DNA of 64,000 nt, taken from positions 17,260 through 81,259 of the forward strand of contig HF989928.1 of the NCBI GenBank assembly GCA_000432255.1, in the 5' to 3' direction. This DNA is from Acholeplasma sp. CAG:878 (GTDB lineage Bacteria; Bacillota_I; Bacilli_A; RF39; UBA660). A model generated the notes under the pieces. It had not been told where the DNA came from. It ran no database searches and saw only the letters and a list, made by a program, of their open reading frames with translations. Made by a program: the position numbers and the translations under genes. The stretch's first letter is position 1. The number at the start of each line of letters is the position of its first letter. Of the stretch, positions 21,001 through 30,501 are shown one piece after another.

Positions 21001-22821
21001 ACCAGTTGGAATCAATATAGCTTTTGGAAATTCATTATTAAAATCAACTAATTTCAAATCGAAGCAATAAATATTGCAAATATCTATAAATTCATCTAAT
21101 AAATTATTATCTAAAATATTAAATATATTTTTTTCGAAGAAATTGTCATTATAATTTGATTTTAATATTCCAATTTCAGTTTGCTTTTTCCACTCGTTAG
21201 ATACGCAATTAGAAAATACCAAGTTATTTATAAATTTATCCTGATTTTCTTTAGTAAATAATTTATTAGAAATCCATATTTGATATCTTCTATAGACACA
21301 TCTACCCATTTTTTCTATTTTTTTATAAAAATTATCATATTTCCCTTTACAAGAGATAAACTGTTCATCAAAAAATTGTTCAAAACATATGTCTTCAAAT
21401 ATATCATATTTTAAACGAATACCCTCTTTATTACGTATAACTATTTCTTCTGAAATTAAAGCAGAAATAATATTAGAATCAATATCTTTCTCACTGACTC
21501 CTAAAATAAATTTTTTTGCTCTGTCAAAAACTATTTTTTCTATTGCCTTTCTAACATTAGATACTTTAATATTATATTTTTTAGTTTCAGACTTCAAACA
21601 AATTATATTTTCCCAAATATAATATCGGAGTTTATTAATATCATCTATACAGTCTGGATTAATATTATATGACATAATGATATTTATATAAAAAGGTATT
21701 TTAAGCAAATCGTTATAGCTATTATTTTGTGCTAACTTGTTTATAATTGGGTATTTTTCTTTAATTAAATTTAACTCTTTTGATGAGATTTCGTCTATCT
21801 CATACAATTTAATCATATAGTTAGATTCAAGTTTTATAAATGCATTATTATCATTTGATCTACATGAAGTTATTATATGTGCATTCTCATATTTTGATAC
21901 TGTGGAATATAATGATTCTAATAATTCTAGTTTAGTTTTTGACGCATCAGCAATAAATTCTAAAGCATCTATAAAGAATACAATTCTTTTACCATTTAGA
22001 AAATCTAACATAGTTTTAATATCAAAATCCCAAATACTATTTAGATGAGTTTCTTCAACAAATCTTTCAGCACGTGCAAATAAGACCAATTCCTCATCAT
22101 CAAGGTATTTTTTGCATAAAACTGACTTCCCGCTACCAGCAATCCCTTGAATGGATATAAATTTATTATTATCATCTTTTATTTTTTTCAAAAAATCTGA
22201 TCTATCAATTTCATATTCGCCATTTATTTTTACATCTATATTTTTTATACCAACATTTTTGCTAATATCTAAGGCTTCACTAAATTTTAGTGATATTTCG
22301 TTGTAATTTTCAAATTCTTGTTTAAGTAATATGAAGATATCTTCTTGAAATTTTATATCATTTTTTGATCGTGTTACAATATCTAGAGTAGTTATTAAAT
22401 TCTTGCTTTTATCAAAAGGAATATTACCAATTTGATTTTTTCCAGTATAATTTTTAATTTTTGTAATTTTATCATTATGTAACACAAAGAAATAGACTTC
22501 TGTAATTTCAGAATATTTATTATCCTTGTTATCTCTGACATTTTCTAAAGTACTTTTAATCTTATTTTCCACATCAAAAGTTGTACTTACTTGAATATAT
22601 ATTTTTTTATCTTCTGATATCAAATCAAAATAAGGAAAATTACATCTCTCATCATTTAAATTATAAAATTTTTGATTAAAGTATAGTTCACAAATATTCT
22701 GCGCAAATAATTCAAACATTTTTGCATTATCAAATAGTCCATTTTTATTAGCTAATTTTATCTTTTGTTCATATGCAGACATATAATCTATAATAAAATC
22801 CATTCTCTCTTTTGAATACAT
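18079..22821 (-). CDS. Giant STAND (NACHT-like) P-loop NTPase with SMEK-like N-terminal domain and about 1150-aa helical C-terminal region; candidate antiphage NLR/Avs-like protein
   Basis: Walker A ISIQGIAGSGKS (DNA about 22124-22150). Walker B RIVFFIDALEF. HIITSCRS and LLKIPFYINIIM resemble the NACHT sensor and winged-helix motifs. N-terminal NAKMFELFAQNICELYF...NFPYFDLISEDKKIYIQVST resembles the SMEK-domain pattern (from memory). Adjacent to Type III R-M. Confidence 0.7.
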   Translation of the reverse strand: MYSKERMDFIIDYMSAYEQKIKLANKNGLFDNAKMFELFAQNICELYFNQKFYNLNDERCNFPYFDLISEDKKIYIQVSTTFDVENKIKSTLENVRDNKDNKYSEITEVYFFVLHNDKITKIKNYTGKNQIGNIPFDKSKNLITTLDIVTRSKNDIKFQEDIFILLKQEFENYNEISLKFSEALDISKNVGIKNIDVKINGEYEIDRSDFLKKIKDDNNKFISIQGIAGSGKSVLCKKYLDDEELVLFARAERFVEETHLNSIWDFDIKTMLDFLNGKRIVFFIDALEFIADASKTKLELLESLYSTVSKYENAHIITSCRSNDNNAFIKLESNYMIKLYEIDEISSKELNLIKEKYPIINKLAQNNSYNDLLKIPFYINIIMSYNINPDCIDDINKLRYYIWENIICLKSETKKYNIKVSNVRKAIEKIVFDRAKKFILGVSEKDIDSNIISALISEEIVIRNKEGIRLKYDIFEDICFEQFFDEQFISCKGKYDNFYKKIEKMGRCVYRRYQIWISNKLFTKENQDKFINNLVFSNCVSNEWKKQTEIGILKSNYNDNFFEKNIFNILDNNLLDEFIDICNIYCFDLKLVDFNNEFPKAILIPTGGSRKNIIKIIAQEKLYLKNAINESKVAKLCLDYTNQNNNRLKEIDILVCSILEFFVDDAFQKVDKEWFNVIEYIDKYLVVLFKLSETCSEWLKNFFTKLLEDYNSESKKNQRMLEEILQWISENAHYNLVKELPHEMCFIANTLWIKKNSNNEFYYHSNVENDYGLCEDYKYSFQTPNKNVLLWNLFRVNFYIGLDWAIDFINNSVDVYAENSPDNVLKVKIKFIDTNEIKQYYGNNNMWMAGTRDGYVPDLLSDIVFYIKDSIINFIQQNLSDKENVEKILLNIKNKIYSKSNNVILLTVIENIGLHFQNEFPGYALDLVTSIDIINWDTHRYSLYLNNSQLQMLEKQLLLKIGLPEIKYRYELDKKCAIHIENYAISLQISFGFDFQKRVFKILDYLYTIITNTEDNAINYLQIQKIDMRNAVITEVDKNTSMIETKITGEAKKVTDLHEKQNEIYVELENKIDNYIRDRKRGKNDRDKLLNCIEELNGIINSNSDRTSGYESILICFISIALKEEKLSTLERNNFCDFWITGLEKIFENEVFIFEPQLINILLGQLYEDTSDEIKNKIKTIILKCIINDTHDGIIKQIQLKISQYLLGNSNLSRIIFNTIIKLSEDEMNHQKYNATYVKESGFVFKPNFVPNLSGVDYQLEESREKKYESLKEQVIQDYLFDEKKLNFDQFNIDDYDIQLLFKIVNCGMTLSNKSFEKILKELLKCMINIYDSCKEDRLYYEIIDTYSEFELVSFIQKELIYTLEYNENVIDFLFKDINFEIFQEEAIEFYQKIMGGFIAEFYDSYNNASRRNICKKKISEVEKRIVNIKNEKVKKQLYKCLFFNASRDCKWNPSEIKTSYSYEDKMFLNRQFSKYGIYYIRDAIKSLYLLNVDELLPEILISVKEILSYNNSNYNILEKELKGDVDIIINMIIIKSFTKYSDKIKLDEELIKSYEDILCILIAHDNEIAGVLIDEFRVH

Positions 22822-22965
22822 CCTAATCACCCTAACAACTTATTTAATAATATAGAAAAATTTTTTTTATTTTGATTTATCACTAAAGATTTAGTATTTA
22901 CTTTTTTTAGCCTTTTTTACAAAGAATATCTCGAATATAAAATCTATACCATTTTTTATAAAAAT

Positions 22966-25620
22966 CTAATCAACTTTGTATTGTTCAGTTAAATATTTAA
23001 AAGTTGAATTACTTTGTATCTTACTTGAAGGTATCAAAACATATTCCCAATGTTTATTACCTGTTGAGTCTGCCCATTTTGATACTAATTGACAATATGA
23101 AAGTGCTCTTTCCTGTTTTGCTAAAACATCAGCATCATCTAATTTATTATCTGCTTTTACTTCAACTAAATATACAATAGATTCTGTTTCTACTACAAAG
23201 TCTGGTTCATAACGTTTTCCACCATTATATATAATATTAAACTCATTTGGACTAGGTCTTAACCATGTACGTACAAAATTATCTTCTCTTTCAAGCTGTC
23301 TGGCAAGTATAAGTTCTGGTTCACTATCAAATTTTGCTGAACTAAATACACCTCTCTTTATTCCATCAAATAATATTGAAGTTATTTTTCCATCGTTTTT
23401 AGAATCATATGAATCAAAAATATTCTTTACTTTACTATAACTGTAATTTGATTGAAAATTTATATTACTATTACTAAAAGCTTCTTCCTTTATCAATCCT
23501 TCGTTTCTAATAAAATGTCTTAACATTTGAGAATAAATTTCTGATGTTATTTCATTTTTATACATCATAACTATGTTTTTTGTTCCGTCTACACCATATT
23601 GTTGTTCATAATAATCTGTCAACTGACTTATTAATTTAAATAATAGCTCTGAACTTTTTTCATAATCAATTTCTGCTTTTTTTCGTAACTCATCAACAAT
23701 CGACTTTTTAGGATTCAATATATCAAAAGTAATATAACCTTTTTCTATTTTTTCTTCGTCTGAGGAATCTAATAAATTTCTTAAAATTAATTCATTTTCT
23801 ATAGGTTGCTGATTAAATTTAGTTAAATCCAAATCAAAATCATCAAAGTAGTATTCACCTTCTTCTCTTTCTACCTTAATCTTTGGTATTAAAATAAATT
23901 TATTAAGAATTTGATCGTGTGTCTTAATAATATTTTCTTTTATCCAATTTTCAATCGGATTTTTATTTTCATCATAAATTTTACCATAATCCTTATCTTT
24001 TTTTATTTCATATTCTATAGCATCTTTTATTTTAATTTTTCCTTCATCCGTAAAATTATTATTAGAACTTAAAGTGTAATTTTCAACATTCTTTACTAAT
24101 AAATCATTTATTCTATTTGCAAAACCATATTTTTCGCTTTCCTCACATACAACAAGTTTATCACACAATTCATCATCTGAGGGATATTCCAGAGGTAAGC
24201 GCGTAAAAATTATTTTTTCCTTTTCTAGTTCTTCAGCTTTTATAATATTACCTTTATTAAAAATTGAATCACCTTTTTGGGCTTCTTCTATAATTTCCTT
24301 AAATTTATCATGTGCTGTAAGCATAACAGAGTCAATATCCTTATCACCAGTTCTTTCACCATAAGGTAATCGCAGTCCTCTTCCTACCATTTGTTCCCTT
24401 AATATTTTTGAACTTGCTGTCCTTAAAGGCACAATTGTATAAAGATTATTTACATCCCATCCTTCTTTTAACATATTAACATGAATTACTATTTCAATTG
24501 GATTATCAACTTTTTCAACATCCAAAAGCAACTTTGTATTAACTTCAGTTTCAACGCCTGACATTTTTGAATTTATTGTTATTGTTTTAAATTTATAATG
24601 TCCATTCTGAAAGTCATCAGATTTTATATACTTTTCTATTTTTGAAGCATGTTCAGTGTCTTTACATACAACTAACATAAATGGTTTTATTAAATCCTTT
24701 TTCATACTTCTAGAATAATAAAATAGTTTTTCCTTAATGCGTTTATGACATAAAATTCCATCATTTAACATCAATTTATCTATCTCATCATCACCAAAAT
24801 TATAAAAATTAATATCCGTTCTAGTAACTGCAAAAGGAACTCTTGTATATCCGTCTTTTATTGCTTCAGATAATGGATATTCGTACACAACATTTTTAAA
24901 TGGAATTTGCTTACCTTTTACATTTACTAAAGGTGTGGCAGTCAATTCTAAGCCTAAAATTGGTTTCAGATTGTTTATAGTTTCCATTCCTCTATCTGCT
25001 CTATAATGATGTGATTCATCCATAATAATGACTAAATCTTTCATTTCTGCTAATTCATCATAAAAAGACATTCCTCTTACTTCACTGAAAGCTTTCATTT
25101 TTGTATTTTCTTTATCAAATTTACTTATATTATAAACATAAATTGTTACTTCAGAATCAAATAAATTTATCATTCTATTAAAATCATCATCAGCGACTAC
25201 TCTTGGAGGATTATTAAAACATCCAATTCCTTTAAACACATATTTAGAATTATCTGGATTTCCTAGGTCTCTTTTTAATTTTTCATATATAGTTGTAGAT
25301 GGAGCAATTACTAAAAAATTTTTAATATTATAATTTGTATAAAGATATGTTATGAATGCTCCCATAAGTCTAGTTTTACCAACACCTGTTGCTAATGCAA
25401 ATGTTAATGAAGTAAATGTTCTTTCAAATTCAGTAAATATTGGATATTTTGAATTAATTACCTTTAAATTATTAATATTATCTTGGTTATATTCACTCAT
25501 TAAGTTCGTACTTTTTAATATATCATCCAATATTTGCAATGACTTTTCTTGCGGGTTTCTTAACGACATTATACCAGATATATAATCAATAGAATACTTC
25601 ATACTATTTACATCATTCAT
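22966..25620 (-). CDS. res: Type III restriction enzyme, Res subunit (SF2 helicase + PD-(D/E)xK nuclease)
   Basis: LATGVGKTRL (motif I), IIMDESHHY (motif II), MLKEGWDVNNLYTIV, QMVGRGLRLP (motif VI), C-terminal YEPDFVV...YLVEVK. ATG at 25620 lies 9 nt after GGAGG and overlaps the mod stop by 8 nt. Confidence 0.93.
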   Translation of the reverse strand: MNDVNSMKYSIDYISGIMSLRNPQEKSLQILDDILKSTNLMSEYNQDNINNLKVINSKYPIFTEFERTFTSLTFALATGVGKTRLMGAFITYLYTNYNIKNFLVIAPSTTIYEKLKRDLGNPDNSKYVFKGIGCFNNPPRVVADDDFNRMINLFDSEVTIYVYNISKFDKENTKMKAFSEVRGMSFYDELAEMKDLVIIMDESHHYRADRGMETINNLKPILGLELTATPLVNVKGKQIPFKNVVYEYPLSEAIKDGYTRVPFAVTRTDINFYNFGDDEIDKLMLNDGILCHKRIKEKLFYYSRSMKKDLIKPFMLVVCKDTEHASKIEKYIKSDDFQNGHYKFKTITINSKMSGVETEVNTKLLLDVEKVDNPIEIVIHVNMLKEGWDVNNLYTIVPLRTASSKILREQMVGRGLRLPYGERTGDKDIDSVMLTAHDKFKEIIEEAQKGDSIFNKGNIIKAEELEKEKIIFTRLPLEYPSDDELCDKLVVCEESEKYGFANRINDLLVKNVENYTLSSNNNFTDEGKIKIKDAIEYEIKKDKDYGKIYDENKNPIENWIKENIIKTHDQILNKFILIPKIKVEREEGEYYFDDFDLDLTKFNQQPIENELILRNLLDSSDEEKIEKGYITFDILNPKKSIVDELRKKAEIDYEKSSELLFKLISQLTDYYEQQYGVDGTKNIVMMYKNEITSEIYSQMLRHFIRNEGLIKEEAFSNSNINFQSNYSYSKVKNIFDSYDSKNDGKITSILFDGIKRGVFSSAKFDSEPELILARQLEREDNFVRTWLRPSPNEFNIIYNGGKRYEPDFVVETESIVYLVEVKADNKLDDADVLAKQERALSYCQLVSKWADSTGNKHWEYVLIPSSKIQSNSTFKYLTEQYKVD

Positions 25621-27361
25621 AAAATTCATCCTCCATATCATTGGAAATATCATTTACAACATTTAGATTATAATTATTTACATTAAAAACACATTTATTT
25701 AATAACATCTCTGGTATTTTTTTTATCATTATATTTTTGTACTTATTTAACAGTTCTTCATCATAAGCAGTACACGCAATAACAAGATACTCTTCAGGAA
25801 GCATAGAACCCTTTATTTTTTCTAGTGTCATTGAATTTAAAAATTGAGTTGTTACATATAAATAACTATTTTCATTTCCTATTGATTGTTTCCAAAAAAT
25901 TTCTTTATCAGGATTGTATTCAAAACCTTCATGGAGTGCAACTGATCTTGCTAGCATTTCTGGATTGTAGTTTTTATTAATAACCATTTCCCCAAAAGAA
26001 TCTTCATTTATTAAAGTTGGTGCAAGTTCATAAAAATTGTAACCTCCTCCACCATTCCAATTAACAATCGAGGTAATTCCACCATTATCTTTTCCATCAA
26101 TGATTAAATTTAATCTTTTTATACAATGCGTATATACATGTTCACCCATCTCAATTCCTATCCAATTTCTATTCATTTTATGAGCAACCGCTGCTGTAGT
26201 ACCACTACCTAAAAATGAGTCTAAAACATAATCTCCTTCATTTGTACTCATTTCTATTATCCTGTTTAACAATAATTCTGGTTTTTTACCATTAGGAAAT
26301 TCTACTTGACCTTCTTTTGTTAAATTATTAAGATTTATTCCATCCCATAAAGTTCCTTGTAAGTCTTTCTTTAACCATTTTCCATCTTTATATTCTGTTA
26401 CATCTTTTAGCCAAGTAAGTAATCTAAATTTATCGCCTTTATAGAATTGCTCATATTCATTTCCTTTGTTTTTACCAGTCTTAGGAATATATTTGATGCT
26501 AATTACATCTGAATGTTTAATGCCTTCTAATCTTTCCATTACTCTTGGTCTAATTGAAGATTGTGGCATTGCAGTTGTATGAATTCGATCCATATACTTA
26601 TAATATACTTCATTTTCTGAAATATTTTCTTGCTTTGCAATTTGAGATATTGACATAAATTTTGCATTTTGACGATTATATATTTTAATTTCATTTCCAT
26701 CGCCATCTACTGTTGATGCTAGATATTCAGGGTCTCCTTTTTCATATAATACCGACGTATATTTCCAGCTAATACCTTCATCTTTATATTTTTTTACCAA
26801 TTCACATATTTCTGTATACGCATATGCATTTTGTAGCCATTTAAAATTATCATATTTTTTAGTATATGTAAGGATAAATTCAATATTCTTTTTTAATCTT
26901 TTATCTTCCCCTCCACCACTTGCACCTGCAATATTCTTCATTTTAACTGTTATAGTATTCAAATAATTATTTCTACCAAAAATTTCATCACATAATACTT
27001 TCAAATATGCATATTCATTATCATCAATTTGAATAAATATTATACCATCCTCTCTCAATAATCTCCGCAAAATAACTAAACGTTCCTTCATTAGGTTTAG
27101 CCAAATACTATGTTCTAGATTATCATTATAATGTTCAAATGCACTTCCAGTATTATATGGAGGATCTATATAAATACATTTTATCCTTTCTGAATAATCC
27201 TTTTCTAATGCTTTCAATGCTAAAAGATTGTCCCCATGAATGAGAATGTTTCGAGAATTTTTATCACCATAACTTCTTTCATCATCCTTAATCAATATTC
27301 TAGGTTCTACCTTTTCTTCATTGTTTTTTCCTATCCATGTTAATTCTAATTTACTTTTCAT
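25613..27361 (-). CDS. mod: Type III R-M Mod subunit, N6-adenine DNA methyltransferase
   Basis: CIYIDPPYNTGSAF (motif IV) and DSFLGSGTTAAVAHKMNRNWIGIE (motif I), in beta-class order. ATG at 27361 (MKSKLELTWIGK). Confidence 0.93.
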   Translation of the reverse strand: MKSKLELTWIGKNNEEKVEPRILIKDDERSYGDKNSRNILIHGDNLLALKALEKDYSERIKCIYIDPPYNTGSAFEHYNDNLEHSIWLNLMKERLVILRRLLREDGIIFIQIDDNEYAYLKVLCDEIFGRNNYLNTITVKMKNIAGASGGGEDKRLKKNIEFILTYTKKYDNFKWLQNAYAYTEICELVKKYKDEGISWKYTSVLYEKGDPEYLASTVDGDGNEIKIYNRQNAKFMSISQIAKQENISENEVYYKYMDRIHTTAMPQSSIRPRVMERLEGIKHSDVISIKYIPKTGKNKGNEYEQFYKGDKFRLLTWLKDVTEYKDGKWLKKDLQGTLWDGINLNNLTKEGQVEFPNGKKPELLLNRIIEMSTNEGDYVLDSFLGSGTTAAVAHKMNRNWIGIEMGEHVYTHCIKRLNLIIDGKDNGGITSIVNWNGGGGYNFYELAPTLINEDSFGEMVINKNYNPEMLARSVALHEGFEYNPDKEIFWKQSIGNENSYLYVTTQFLNSMTLEKIKGSMLPEEYLVIACTAYDEELLNKYKNIMIKKIPEMLLNKCVFNVNNYNLNVVNDISNDMEDEFYE

Positions 27362-27503
27362 AATATACACCACACTTATAATTTCTCTTCTAATCTTAAA
27401 TACTTATTTTTATCTAATTAAAAAATTTTTTAAATTAAAATTTTTTGGATGATTGCTAATATTAATTATACTATAAAAACTGGCAAAAATCGACTTTTTA
27501 TGA

Positions 27504-28539
27504 TTAATTAGTATCAATTATTGTTTTTCTTAATTCTTCTTCTAAAGAATGCGATAATTGTATTAAATATTGTTCATTAAAATCAATATCAGTTCGATTT
27601 GACATCTTTTTTTCAATAAGATCAAATATTTCATTTCTATCTTTTTGAATAGCAATTCTATCAAAAATTAATCCAGCCCATGAATTATCAAAATAATGGC
27701 AGCCCATAAATATTAATTTTAAATTTTTATCATTTGTTGCAAAGAAAATTTCTTTATCTGAAAAATGGTAGTGAAAATTATTGATTGATGACAAATAAGA
27801 GATATCCCAAGCCTAATTTTTACATCCCCTAATAATTTTTTCAAAATCTTTACTTTTAATATTTTTTGGTGCCTTAATAGTCGAATAGTTAGTGAATAAT
27901 AAAATTGCATAGGTAATATCATACATAGATAATTTTAAATTATCATAATACCAATCAAGATACTTTAAAATTTTGTTTTTTGTAGATAATTTAGTTAGAA
28001 AAACCTCTGCAATTTTTAAAACCGAACAATAACTAAGTAAATATGTAATACTTTTATTTTTATAATTTGCATGGCGGTGAAATTTTACTGATATATCAAA
28101 TTTTTGTAATTTATAGTTCCCATTTTTTAAATGATTTAAAAAAACTAAACTTGGAATTTCAGATAGATAAGTCAACAACTCATTTAATTGCCTAATGACT
28201 TCTGAATTTTCTGTTAAATCTCCATATTCATTCATTGCCAATCCAATATTATATTGTAATCCATTACAATTACAAAACATCAAAAATGATAGTAGCATTA
28301 TCATATTATCTTCTTTTTTTTAATTCACCATTTTTAAGATAATCAAACAACATTGAAGTTATATTTCTATCTAATACAATAATTTTGTCTTTCTTATTCA
28401 TCAAATATTCTTTGTAATGAGTAAATTTTCCTTCCATAGCATAATAAGGATGAAAAATAATTTGAAAAGAATTAACTAAATCAAATATATCATTTAAATC
28501 ATTATCCTCTAAAATAATCAAATCGTTCATACAAATCAC
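27504..28539 (-). pseudogene. Decayed single gene (about 340 codons) now read as three ORFs of 77, 163 and 96 aa; function unknown
   Basis: ORFs 28306..28539 and 27813..28304 are joined by removing one A from an A8 run (28314-28321): ..NGELKK|EDNMIMLL... ORFs 27813..28304 and 27504..27794 are in the same frame, separated only by one TAG (27813-27815): ..RGCKN*AWDISYLSSINNFHY... Confidence 0.5.
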
Positions 28540-28711
28540 CTCAAAACATTAGCATAGCTATTCTTATAATAATTAAACAGTTAATTATATTATACCATGT
28601 CTATATGGTTTTATCGTCTTTATCTATTTGTTTTAATAATTGATTTTAAATAATTTATTATGAATTAAAAACCGTATTCGGAAATCCACATACTCGTAAT
28701 GGTGCACTGGA

Positions 28712-29008
28712 TTAATTTTCATATGGTTTTTCATAAATTATATATTCATAATCAAATCTGCCATTTTCATCTCTAGCTTCAATAACTTTTAAATATTTAT
28801 TAACTTTTAATTCATTTAATATTTTTCTAATAGTATCTCTACTTTCAACACAAATACTTGATAATCCTAATATAGAATAGTCCCAATTATCTGGTAATGA
28901 TAACATTAAAGATAATAAACCCTTTGCCTTTAAACTTAATCTTCTATCCTTCAAATGATAATTTCCCATAACTATATATCCTTCTTCTCTATTTGATTTT
29001 ATTTTCAT
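28712..29008 (-). CDS. Winged helix-turn-helix DNA-binding protein (HTH_36-like, common on Firmicute mobile elements)
   Basis: LSLKAKGLLSLMLSLPDNWDYSILGLSSICVESRDTIRKILNELKVNKYL pattern. Confidence 0.65.
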   Translation of the reverse strand: MKIKSNREEGYIVMGNYHLKDRRLSLKAKGLLSLMLSLPDNWDYSILGLSSICVESRDTIRKILNELKVNKYLKVIEARDENGRFDYEYIIYEKPYEN

Positions 29009-29036
29009 ATTCTCATATCCTTTCTTTTCTCAAAAT

Positions 29037-29059
29037 AAAAAAGCCTATATAAATAGACT
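29037..29059 (-). terminator. Terminator after the rnlB-like gene
   Basis: Minus strand AGTCTAT-ttat-ATAGGCT (one G-U pair) followed by T6. Confidence 0.5.
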
Positions 29060-29086
29060 TTACGCTCAACAAACAATTTCATAAAT

Positions 29087-29440
29087 CTAATTGTTTAATA
29101 CATAATTTATTGTTGATTTTGTTAATGTACCATTATTTAATATATCAACATGTTCTTTTAAATATTGTTTAACAGTTTTTTTACTTGATTCTGATACATC
29201 ATTTGGATTTATGATTATACTATTATAGCTTCCTTCTTCAAAGTTTAATAATACATACCTATTAAATGAATATCCATTTCGCAAAAACAAATCTACAATA
29301 ACAGAGAATTTATTTCCTTGAGTTTTTGAAAGTTCATTGTATATATCTTCAGTAAAAAAATATAAGTCATCAATATTGTTCAAAAAAATATAATTTTTAT
29401 TTATATCCTCTTCAAAATTAAAAATTTCATAATCGTTCAT
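29087..29440 (-). CDS. RnlB-like antitoxin
   Basis: 117 aa, directly downstream of the RnlA-like gene as in E. coli rnlAB. VIVDLFLRNGYSFNRYVLLNFEEG versus E. coli RnlB ILFDLLCANGPEWNRFVTLEMKYG (recalled sequence). Confidence 0.6.
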   Translation of the reverse strand: MNDYEIFNFEEDINKNYIFLNNIDDLYFFTEDIYNELSKTQGNKFSVIVDLFLRNGYSFNRYVLLNFEEGSYNSIIINPNDVSESSKKTVKQYLKEHVDILNNGTLTKSTINYVLNN

Positions 29441-29452
29441 AAATATTCTCCT

Positions 29453-30499
29453 TTATTTATAAAAAACATTATAAGATTTTTCAATATTTTCAATAATTTC
29501 ATCAACTATTTCTTTTGCTTCTTGCCAATTTTCAATTATTCTTGTTTGTGATGGTTCAATTGTTGCATGCAAGAACACATTTCTCTTATTTGAATATATT
29601 TTATTTAATTTTATTAAATATTCTTTTTCATCATTACTTATTAATTTATCATTTTCAATTTTACTTGAATTTCCTCTATCTTTATAAAACATTGAAAATT
29701 TATTTTTTTTATCAATCTTATATGAATACTTATTCACTAATACTTTTGTTAAGTAACCTTCTAATGTTTTAAATGCACCTGTAACACAACAAGTATAATC
29801 CTCACTTTCTTTTATTGTTTTAAGTGATGTGATTGATCCTGAAAGAGATTTTATCAATGCTTCATCTAAAAAAGTATATGAATTTGATAAATTTGCTTTA
29901 ATTGTTTCTCTTATATCAGCTGTTGAAATTTTTGTTGTTGTAAACATGTTGTTTATTTCTATAATACTATCAAGAGATACAGAAGATAATTGAGATAATA
30001 AGGTCATTATTATACCAAAAGTTTTAAAAGGTCTACCTTGAATCATAACTTTATTAGTTTGAGGGTAAAATGTTATATCAATATGATCTTTATTATACCC
30101 AATAAAACGAATTCTATTATTACTATAATATTTAATTTGAATTTCAGAAGAAAACTCATCTTCAACACATTTAATAAGTTCTTCAATTGTTTCTTTATTA
30201 CATGAAAACACTGTTTGTTTGGGTTGAGCACTATCAATAGGATAACCTAATTGAGCTAAATATTTTATTAATCTATTAGATTCTTCAGCATTTTTTCCAA
30301 TAGGCATCATTTTTACAGACATCTTTTTAACCTTAACATAAAATTTAACTTTGCATTGTTTTCCTGATATAAAAAAGTTGCATGTATATTCTTCTTTACC
30401 TTGAACTTTAATATAATTACTAAAAACAAAATCAATATTCTTTTTAGAATAATCTTTGATATAAGTTTCTATATCATCTGGATTTATATATACTTCCAT
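29453..30499 (-). CDS. RnlA/LsoA-family toxin (HEPN-type endoribonuclease)
   Basis: 348 aa. TNKVMIQGRPFKTFGIIMTLL versus RnlA TGKLQIQGRPLSCYRVFTFNL. DYTCCVTGAFKTLEGYL versus DYCMLLYPELRTIEGVL. Rx4H motif is RNVFLH. Confidence 0.75.
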   Translation of the reverse strand: MEVYINPDDIETYIKDYSKKNIDFVFSNYIKVQGKEEYTCNFFISGKQCKVKFYVKVKKMSVKMMPIGKNAEESNRLIKYLAQLGYPIDSAQPKQTVFSCNKETIEELIKCVEDEFSSEIQIKYYSNNRIRFIGYNKDHIDITFYPQTNKVMIQGRPFKTFGIIMTLLSQLSSVSLDSIIEINNMFTTTKISTADIRETIKANLSNSYTFLDEALIKSLSGSITSLKTIKESEDYTCCVTGAFKTLEGYLTKVLVNKYSYKIDKKNKFSMFYKDRGNSSKIENDKLISNDEKEYLIKLNKIYSNKRNVFLHATIEPSQTRIIENWQEAKEIVDEIIENIEKSYNVFYK

Positions 30500-30501
30500 T
30501 A

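Noticed and set aside
27719-27922. 67-aa ORF overlapping the junction of two fragments of the decayed gene.
   Set aside because: It is in a different frame over the same DNA with no RBS. The in-frame TAG explanation accounts for the region better.
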